IMG/VR virus record: IMGVR_UViG_3300005074_000010
Source of the DNA: a virus
Strand: one strand, 5' to 3'
Length of the DNA stretch: 33,678 nt
Numbering within the stretch: the first letter of the stretch is position 1; each line of letters starts with the position of its first letter. The notes below the pieces were generated by a model. The model saw nothing but the letters and a program-made list of their open reading frames with translations. It was not told the DNA's origin and searched no databases. A program made the translations under genes and the position numbers. Below are positions 16,595 through 22,342 of this stretch, one piece after another.

Positions 16595-17104
16595 ATGAGT
16601 GAAAACTTAACACCCCCAGAAAACGTTATTTCTAGAGACGATTTACAAGACAAAGTTCTAGAAGCATTATCTAATGACGGTTGGCCTTATTCCTCTGAAC
16701 TAACAGAAGAAGAACTAAGAGAAGCTGTAATAAATGAAGATAGTATTACTTACTATGAGCCTAATAGCTTAAGCTGGTCTGATATGGTTGAAAAAGCAGA
16801 CCTTAAAGGGTGGGTAGAGGACCTAGCCTGTGGTACTAGTGTGTATATACTAACAGATGAGCATATGCGAGGCCTAAGGCAAGGATATAACCTACAGCAA
16901 GACGTATATGTTGATTTGTACGGAGCTGAGGACCGTATCTACGAAGCTCTTACTAGCGGTTATAGTATTGCTATTGACTTTGAAGATGAGCTAGATATGC
17001 GCGAAGTATGGGAGCGTGCCTATGATGATATTAGGGACGCTAAAGAGCAAGAATACTACAGCGACTTAGAAGATGAGTATGATGAAGTAGTAGATGAATA
17101 CTAG
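16595..17104 (+). CDS. Highly acidic 169-aa protein (candidate DNA mimic / anti-restriction protein)
   Basis: Very high D+E content, ending ...EQEYYSDLEDEYDEVVDEY. No enzymatic motif. Confidence 0.6.
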   Translation: MSENLTPPENVISRDDLQDKVLEALSNDGWPYSSELTEEELREAVINEDSITYYEPNSLSWSDMVEKADLKGWVEDLACGTSVYILTDEHMRGLRQGYNLQQDVYVDLYGAEDRIYEALTSGYSIAIDFEDELDMREVWERAYDDIRDAKEQEYYSDLEDEYDEVVDEY

Positions 17105-17146
17105 TAGAATACTTATGAGCTTAAAGCGAAATAAGTATTACTACTA
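17102..17146 (+). ncRNA. Long hairpin with conserved loop GAGCTTAAAGCGAA (family 2, copy 2)
   Basis: 15-bp stem (17102-17116 / 17131-17146) with one bulged A (17140). Same tagta/tacta base as copy 1, but different inner stem sequence. Confidence 0.55.
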
Positions 17147-17154
17147 CAAGAGGA

Positions 17155-17226
17155 CAGGGCCTCTATAAATAGTACTTAAGCCCTGAGCGTTCCCCTAGTT
17201 TTGTGTTGTTGTTGTTGTACTAGGGG
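17155..17226 (+). ncRNA. Bipartite hairpin element, copy C
   Basis: P1 is cagggc (17155-17160) / gccctg (17180-17185) with loop ctctataaatagtacttaa. P2 is cccctagt (17192-17199) / actagggg (17219-17226) with a (GTT)4-containing loop. Confidence 0.5.
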
Positions 17227-17251
17227 AGGTGTAACTAAAAAATTTTTAATA

Positions 17252-17398
17252 ATGGAACACACTATTGATTTTTTGTATCAGCGCATTAGTAGCTTAGAAG
17301 CTCTAATTAAGCTGAAAGACAAACACATTGAGCGCCTAGAGGCACAGCTCGATAAGACACGAACTATTAACCCTAAAAAAGAAAACTATGGAAGATAA
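17252..17398 (+). CDS. Island small ORF (48 aa, coiled-coil-like)
   Basis: The ATG at 17252 is preferred. The ORF-track start at 17201 (MCCCCC...) translates the GTT repeat inside hairpin P2. Confidence 0.5.
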   Translation: MEHTIDFLYQRISSLEALIKLKDKHIERLEAQLDKTRTINPKKENYGR

Positions 17399-17810
17399 AA
17401 TCACATTTTGGAACACACTAGAAAAGGACTTACCTACTGAGATAAAGCTTAAAGTAATAAAGCACCTTTACAGCCTTGAAATAGGAGAGCCTACAGATTC
17501 TCACTATCATTCTAACAAATATGAAGTAAGATTGTATACTGAGTACACTAATGATAGCTACGAATACTTCACTATCAATTATAACGGTATTACAGAGCAG
17601 TTTACATATATGCACGATGATTACTGTAATTACATAGCGCACCTGATTCAGGAAGAAAAATACACTAGTATTTACTGTGATGATGATGAGATATTAGATA
17701 CAATAGAGTATGTCTTAGAGAATATTTACAATGACCTTACCTGGAATCACATAAATATTATCGAGGACGCATTAAAGGACCTTAATATAGATATGAAATG
17801 GAAAGTTTAG
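17388..17810 (+). CDS. Island hypothetical protein (140 aa, acidic, Tyr-rich)
   Basis: ORF track only. Confidence 0.55.
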   Translation: MEDKITFWNTLEKDLPTEIKLKVIKHLYSLEIGEPTDSHYHSNKYEVRLYTEYTNDSYEYFTINYNGITEQFTYMHDDYCNYIAHLIQEEKYTSIYCDDDEILDTIEYVLENIYNDLTWNHINIIEDALKDLNIDMKWKV

Positions 17811-18220
17811 AATTATACACACTAGAGGCGCTTCACAGATTTATAGAGAAAGAGCTAGATGATAGTATCTCTATACCGAAGCTTAAGCCAATATACAGAG
17901 AAATTAGAGGCAAATATTTTGCTATGTCCCTAGAGGATTTAGATATGCATATTGAGCTAGATAATCACGAGTACAGAGTAATAGGTAGCTGGTGTATTGA
18001 TAGAGTGCACAAAGAAGCTACTAAGGATATAGTACAAGAATGTTACTTTACTGAAACCAATCTTGATAAACTCTGGTGGATTAAGATTGATTGGACGGCT
18101 ACAAGTAACACACTAATAGAGACGGACGGCTACGCCAATATGTTTGCTACATATGACCACAACGAATATGAGTTCGATATGGATAATAGAAGCACACTAT
18201 ATTTTTTCAGGACTAATTAA
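17798..18220 (+). CDS. Island hypothetical protein (140 aa) with an ArdA-like C-terminal pattern
   Basis: ...KDIVQECYFTETNLDKLWWIKIDWTATSNTLIETDGY...YFFR loosely resembles the ArdA C-terminus (..YIDYqaygRDL....g..F). Judged from memory only. Confidence 0.5.
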   Translation: MESLELYTLEALHRFIEKELDDSISIPKLKPIYREIRGKYFAMSLEDLDMHIELDNHEYRVIGSWCIDRVHKEATKDIVQECYFTETNLDKLWWIKIDWTATSNTLIETDGYANMFATYDHNEYEFDMDNRSTLYFFRTN

Positions 18221-18231
18221 TACATAACGAT

Positions 18232-18393
18232 ATGAAAGACAAAAAAGAATACAAGAAAAAACTAGAACAAGAAGTCAAAGAGCTTAAAGACCGAAATGCT
18301 AGAATTACGCTACAGATTATGAAGATGAGGTCTGAAAGCAATTACAATAAAACACTAATACGCGGATATGAAGAAGAGCTCGAGAACTTATAA
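18232..18393 (+). CDS. Island small ORF (53 aa, Lys/Glu-rich coiled coil)
   Basis: Hand-translated (MKDKKEYKKKLEQEVKELKDRNARITLQIMKMRSE...). Confidence 0.4.
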   Translation: MKDKKEYKKKLEQEVKELKDRNARITLQIMKMRSESNYNKTLIRGYEEELENL

Positions 18394-18562
18394 AGCTGTA
18401 AAGAACGCACTAAATCGCGTAAGGCGTAATATGCGTGTGCGTAAAGAACGTAAAGAAAAATTAGAGAAAGTAATTTTTTATTGTATATTTACAGCAATAC
18501 TATTCGTTATTACTCTATTGTTTCTTAAGCTAGAGTATTGGATAGAAATAATCTTACACTGA
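18368..18562 (+). CDS. Small membrane protein (basic N-terminus plus one TM helix)
   Basis: RVRRNMRVRKERKEKLEK followed by VIFYCIFTAILFVITLLFL. Confidence 0.5.
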   Translation: MKKSSRTYKAVKNALNRVRRNMRVRKERKEKLEKVIFYCIFTAILFVITLLFLKLEYWIEIILH

Positions 18563-18594
18563 TTGTTTTCTTTGTAAATTTGGTTTTTTAGTTC

Positions 18595-18627
18595 AAGACC
18601 CTTACTGTTGTGAGGGTCTTTTTTTTG
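18595..18627 (+). terminator. Rho-independent terminator closing the island operon
   Basis: Stem aagaccct / agggtctt (8 bp), 10-nt loop, then a T-run. Confidence 0.75.
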
Positions 18628-18634
18628 TTTTTAT

Positions 18635-18659
18635 ACGTTTTTTGGCGTTTTGCGGTAAG
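18635..18659 (+). promoter_or_regulatory. Iteron/operator-like motif cluster R3 (ACGTTTT-N3-GCGTTTTGCGGTAAG)
   Basis: Same architecture as R1 and R2. Followed by the TTTTGTATATTGG box (18661-18673) and the palindrome agcaa-aca-ttgct (18695-18707), which spans the nuclease start codon. Confidence 0.5.
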
Positions 18660-18702
18660 ATTTTGTATATTGGTAGGTGATACACCTTAAAATCAGCAAA
18701 CA

Positions 18703-19122
18703 TTGCTTAAAACGTCCAAAAATGAGCTTAAAACGTATATTGACGACAAAAATTTGGTAGGCTGTTGCGCTGAATATATTTTCGCTACGCGATGTATGCA
18801 ACAGGGGTATTTAGTTAGTATGCCTTTACTACAGACGTCTAAGTATGATTGTATACTAGATGTTAATAAAAAATTACTAAAAGTACAGATAAAAAGTATA
18901 GGTATAAACAGAAGAAGAGATAAGGGAAAAAATAGTATACAACTAGTACTTGCTAGAACTCAGGACTTCTACTGTAGGGAAGATGTAGATTATTTTGCTA
19001 TATATCATAGAGAGCTTGACGGCTTCTTTATCATAAAAAATAATCAACAAAAGAGCATTAGAATTAACATTAACGGAAAGTATAAAGAAAATTTTAATAA
19101 CTTTGCTCTATTCTTACACTAA
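18703..19122 (+). CDS. Stand-alone PD-(D/E)XK endonuclease (I-Ssp6803I / PDDEXK_5-like), TTG start
   Basis: CAEYIFATRCMQQGYLVSMPLL..SKYDCILD...LLKVQIKS fits the E...D...(Q/E)xK core of this family. No in-frame ATG occurs before the motif. Confidence 0.55.
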   Translation: MLKTSKNELKTYIDDKNLVGCCAEYIFATRCMQQGYLVSMPLLQTSKYDCILDVNKKLLKVQIKSIGINRRRDKGKNSIQLVLARTQDFYCREDVDYFAIYHRELDGFFIIKNNQQKSIRININGKYKENFNNFALFLH

Positions 19123-19165
19123 GTTAAGTTTGTTTTCTTACATAAGTTATAGTTTGTTATTAAAA

Positions 19166-19194
19166 GGGCTACTAATTAAGTAGCTCTTTTTTTT
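19166..19194 (+). terminator. Rho-independent terminator after the nuclease gene
   Basis: Stem gggctact / agtagctc (8 bp, one G.U), loop aatta, then T8. Confidence 0.7.
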
Positions 19195-19206
19195 GTATCT
19201 TTACTA
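19191..19206 (+). promoter_or_regulatory. Promoter-like box TTTTGTATCTTTACTA (class 2)
   Basis: Near-identical to 23733-23748 (TTTTGTACCTTTACTA). Both lie 14-15 nt before an ATG. Confidence 0.4.
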
Positions 19207-19220
19207 AAAATATTTTACTA

Positions 19221-19730
19221 ATGAGGCAAATAAAGATAATAGCTACTTCAGGCTCAGAGATTGTTAGTACTAGTACAGCTAAGGCTTACTTAAGGGTAGA
19301 TTTCTCAGATGATGATACACTAATAGAGCGTATGATTACTCAGGCGCGCATATGGTGCGAGAATTATATATCTAGAGATATAGTAGCCAAAACAAGGGTA
19401 TACTATTTGCCTAGTACTAACGGTACATTTGACTTACCGTTTGCTCCTGTAGATAGTATTACGCACGTAAAGATTGACTCTGTTGTTGCTACATATAATG
19501 TACTAGGCCTTAATAATGAAACTATTGAGCTCAACGCTGGAGAATCTGAAAAGGTAGAAGTACGTTATGTAACATTAGGAATGTCTGATGATTTACTAAA
19601 GAATGCAATATTACAGCTAGTAGCTTCTTACTATGAGAATAGAGGGGACTTTATGGTTGGTAGTACAGTAAACGAAGTGCCTACTAATGTTAAATCTATA
19701 TTAGCCTCTTTTAAGTCAATGTATATATAA
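19221..19730 (+). CDS. Head-tail connector protein (gp6-like)
   Basis: AKAYLRVDFSDDDTLIERMITQARIWCENYISRDI is typical of the gp6 / Phage_connect_1 family. Confidence 0.75.
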   Translation: MRQIKIIATSGSEIVSTSTAKAYLRVDFSDDDTLIERMITQARIWCENYISRDIVAKTRVYYLPSTNGTFDLPFAPVDSITHVKIDSVVATYNVLGLNNETIELNAGESEKVEVRYVTLGMSDDLLKNAILQLVASYYENRGDFMVGSTVNEVPTNVKSILASFKSMYI

Positions 19731-20071
19731 TGGCAAAACAATTTCAACCTGGTAAACTGAACAAAAGAATACAATTTCTTGATTTCGTTACTGTAGATGA
19801 CGGCTTTGGAGGCCTTACAGAAAGTAGCGTATCAGTAATTGCTACTGTTTGGGCGCACGTGAAAGAGGTTAGGAGTAAAGTAGATGACCTTACTAAAGAC
19901 GGAGAAATAGGTAATAGAGTAGAAACTGAGTTCTACATTAGAAAAAAAGCAGTAAATATACAAGACGATTTTATTATTAGATTTAATAGTAAAGATTATA
20001 GAATTAACGCCTTTTATGATAGTGAATTAGATTACTACATAAAAATAATTGCTACTAGACAAGATGACTAA
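19730..20071 (+). CDS. Head-tail adaptor / head-closure protein (SPP1 gp16-like)
   Basis: GKLNKRIQF...DDGFGG...VWAHVKE pattern; 113 aa. Confidence 0.75.
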   Translation: MAKQFQPGKLNKRIQFLDFVTVDDGFGGLTESSVSVIATVWAHVKEVRSKVDDLTKDGEIGNRVETEFYIRKKAVNIQDDFIIRFNSKDYRINAFYDSELDYYIKIIATRQDD

Positions 20072-20528
20072 TAGTGCAGTAATAATATCTCCAGCCGATA
20101 TGAAGCGCCTACAGAAAAAAATGGGTAAGCTAAAGTTGCTCAGTTCTGCAGGTTTATCTAGGGAGGTAGCACACACCCTACTAGATATAACTAAAAAAGC
20201 TGTTACTAAGGCGCCTGTAGCTAAAAAAGGTAAAAGCGGTGGTACTCTAAGACAAAGTATAAAACCTACTGTACAAGGTCTTACAGGTTATGTAGAGGCC
20301 TCAGCAGAATATGCGCCCTATATGGAATTTGGTACAGGTGTTGCCTACAGTAGCTCACAATTAGACGCTTTAGGTATACCTACTAGCTACTCAGCTCAAT
20401 TTTTGGGTAAAGGCATTAGAGAAGTAAATTTAGAGCCCAGACCATTCTTATTTAACTCAGCTAGAGAAGCGTTTGGTGCTATGTTAGGTAGATTGAATGT
20501 AAAAATTAGAAAAGAACTAAGAAAATGA
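20064..20528 (+). CDS. HK97 gp10-family tail-component protein
   Basis: TKKAVTKAPVAKKGKSGGTLRQSIKP...AEYAPYMEFGTG. The ATG at 20064 is preferred over the TTG at 20049. Confidence 0.75.
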   Translation: MTNSAVIISPADMKRLQKKMGKLKLLSSAGLSREVAHTLLDITKKAVTKAPVAKKGKSGGTLRQSIKPTVQGLTGYVEASAEYAPYMEFGTGVAYSSSQLDALGIPTSYSAQFLGKGIREVNLEPRPFLFNSAREAFGAMLGRLNVKIRKELRK

Positions 20529-21367
20529 GGTCAGTAACACAATACATAAGAAAAACATTTATAGACGCCCTTAGTAATAAAATCTATCCTACTATAGGAG
20601 GAGAACTAGTAAAAGACGGTAGCTTTACTAATCCTAGTAATTATACTGTTACAGGTGGCTGGTCGATTACAACAGGAGCTGGTGCCTTTAATGATAATAC
20701 TAGCGGTAGAGTATCGCCTAGTAATTTACTTACTAGTACAGGTTATCTAACAAACGGCAAAAAATATTTACTATCTTTTGATGTCCTTACTGATTATTCA
20801 CACGCGAATATATGGTTAGGTACGGCTAATGGTGCAGACCCATATATAGCCAATTATTCAGATTATACTAACGGTACACATATTATACCTTTTACTATTA
20901 GTACTACACAAGACCCTATCAACTTAGCATTCTATGCTACTACAGGTAATCCAGGTCCATTTACTATAGATAATATTAGATTGATACAGATAAGCAGTAC
21001 TACAGCTATCAAGATATATAATAAAGTGCCTAGTAATGTATCATATCCTTTCATAAGAATATACAGCCAAGAAGAAAGACAAATAGATAACAACAATAGT
21101 AGATTTATGAAGGATGTTATTACACGTATAGAAGTAGTACACAGGAATACTACAGCTAGTGGTGGAGAGCTACTAAATAACAGTATTGTCAATCAAATCA
21201 CTAGTATATTAATGCCTAATCCTGGAGAATCTTTACCTATCACAGATTACAATATCAGTATATATAGTACTGAGCTTCTTGGTATTACAAACTTTCAAGA
21301 TACCTTTAAGGACTTCACATATCACCGCTCAATTATAGAAATTTCTACTAGAGTAGAATTAGTGTAG
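20525..21367 (+). CDS. Tail-completion (DUF3168/gp17-like) protein carrying an internal CBM-like beta-sandwich insertion
   Basis: The ends are gp17-like (IYNKVPSNVSYPFIRIYSQ...ITRIEVVHR). The centre has GGELVKDGSFTNPSNYTVTGGWS...YLLSFDV...FTIDNIRL, a CBM4/9-type pattern. Confidence 0.55.
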   Translation: MRSVTQYIRKTFIDALSNKIYPTIGGELVKDGSFTNPSNYTVTGGWSITTGAGAFNDNTSGRVSPSNLLTSTGYLTNGKKYLLSFDVLTDYSHANIWLGTANGADPYIANYSDYTNGTHIIPFTISTTQDPINLAFYATTGNPGPFTIDNIRLIQISSTTAIKIYNKVPSNVSYPFIRIYSQEERQIDNNNSRFMKDVITRIEVVHRNTTASGGELLNNSIVNQITSILMPNPGESLPITDYNISIYSTELLGITNFQDTFKDFTYHRSIIEISTRVELV

Positions 21368-21386
21368 CTATATTAATTATTTTTAT

Positions 21387-21394
21387 TATATTTG
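21387..21394 (+). promoter_or_regulatory. -7 promoter box TATATTTG
   Basis: Exact TAnnTTTG within ...ttattatatttgtac..., in the gap after 21367. Confidence 0.5.
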
Positions 21395-21585
21395 TACTGT
21401 AATCCTGTAAAATTCTTTGGCAGAGAAAAGAATCTTAGTGGGTCGCTCTGAGACCTGAGGATTACTAAGTATCAAGGGCCCAGACTATGGGAACTGAGAA
21501 ACTTTTTCCCCTCACCGGGAAAAAATTTCTCTAAAGATAGACTGGGACTCCTGATACCGATAAACAGGTAAATGAACAGGAGCTA
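21395..21585 (+). ncRNA. ORF-free, highly structured transcript leader / candidate ncRNA
   Basis: A three-way junction spans 21399-21465 and its two terminal loops share a 5-nt complementarity. An 89-nt rod-like hairpin spans 21469-21557. Visibly more GC-rich than its surroundings. Confidence 0.5.
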
Positions 21586-21750
21586 ATGAACGATTTTAAT
21601 ACACCTTTCCGCACTTTTTTCTACTCACTTAAGGCAAAAGCTATACGCTCCTGGAATAGTGCCTTAAACAGGCTTAAAATCGGTTGCAAATGCAGAGTAT
21701 ACAAAGATGATTACAAGAACGCTAAATGTTGTGATTGGTCGTGGAGGTAA
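21586..21750 (+). CDS. Possible 54-aa basic, Cys-rich micro-protein
   Basis: Hand-translated: MNDFNTPFRTFFYSLKAKAIRSWNSALNRLKIGCKCRVYKDDYKNAKCCDWSWR. Below the ORF-track cutoff; it may instead be part of the RNA element. Confidence 0.3.
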   Translation: MNDFNTPFRTFFYSLKAKAIRSWNSALNRLKIGCKCRVYKDDYKNAKCCDWSWR

Positions 21751-22013
21751 ATGAAAACAGTAAAGTAACTTTAGACCTAAAGACAATAGGTATGATAATA
21801 GGGTTTGTTATCAGTTTAAGCTCTATGTACTTTGTACTCAAATCAGATATAGCATTAGCTATGACATTACCTGAGCCTGAGGTAAGCAAAACAGAATATG
21901 AGCTAAAGGACAAAATAATTAGAGAAGCTGTACTAACTACACAAGAAGATGTAAAAGAAATAAAATCAACACTAGAGAAATTAGAGGTAAGAATATATGA
22001 GCTTAAAAAATGA
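21735..22013 (+). CDS. Single-pass membrane protein with a coiled-coil C-terminus (holin/antiholin or spanin-like candidate); non-ATG start
   Basis: TM helix TIGMIIGFVISLSSMYFVL followed by a charged helical tail. First gene of the envelope/lysis cassette. Confidence 0.5.
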   Translation: MVVEVNENSKVTLDLKTIGMIIGFVISLSSMYFVLKSDIALAMTLPEPEVSKTEYELKDKIIREAVLTTQEDVKEIKSTLEKLEVRIYELKK

Positions 22014-22342
22014 GAAATTTCTTACTAATATCATTTCTAATGTTTTTTACTGCTACATTTGGTCAATATAAGAACGATATATCTGTAGTACAGTTTACCG
22101 CTGAGTTTGTTACTAGCGCTTCACTAAAAGAATTCACAAAATACAATACATATACATTTTTTATAGAGGAAGAATCTGATAAATTCGATAAAGAGGATAT
22201 ATCATTTGTGCCTACTATAATACTATATCATAACGGTAAGGAGATTAAGAGAATAGAATCTAATATAATGCTAGAGCTACCTAAAGAATGGAGAAAAGAA
22301 ATACTAGAAGAAATAGAAGCTATAACCTCACAAAAATTCTAA
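22010..22342 (+). CDS. Secreted thioredoxin-fold-like protein lacking CxxC
   Basis: Signal peptide MRNFLLISFLMFFTATFGQ. FVPTIILYHNGKEI resembles the thioredoxin cis-Pro/beta strand motif. No Cys pair is present. Confidence 0.45.
   Translation: MRNFLLISFLMFFTATFGQYKNDISVVQFTAEFVTSASLKEFTKYNTYTFFIEEESDKFDKEDISFVPTIILYHNGKEIKRIESNIMLELPKEWRKEILEEIEAITSQKF

Noticed and set aside
17203-17218. (GTT)4 trinucleotide repeat as a phase-variation tract.
   Set aside because: Only four units, in a hairpin loop upstream of an ORF. That is too short to call a contingency locus without population data.
15092-17226. CRISPR-like array, given the repeated hairpins at roughly regular intervals.
   Set aside because: The copies are not identical direct repeats. 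They are separated by protein-coding ORFs of variable length, and no cas genes are present. They behave as covarying structured elements, not CRISPR repeats.
21440-21570. Possible known ribozyme or riboswitch: CUGAGA occurs twice (a THI-box-like word), CUGAGGA matches the hammerhead CUGANGA, and CCUGAUACCGAUAAACAGG resembles part of the TPP pyrophosphate-sensor helix.
   Set aside because: Only isolated words match. The remaining conserved cores are absent or cannot be placed in the required helices: TPP GGGGUGC...ACCC and GCCAGCG..AGGGA; hammerhead helix II-GAAA-helix III and cleavage site; purine-riboswitch junctions. The element is treated as unclassified.
21625-21670. Possible fourth, degenerate copy of the island bipartite element: acttaaggcaaaagc resembles acttaagccctgagc, and there is an exact 9-mer gctatacgc shared with element B.
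   Set aside because: No matching 5' arm for P1 was found. The local pairing (ttaaggca/tgccttaa) has a different topology, and a single 9-mer match in 33 kb is not significant on its own.
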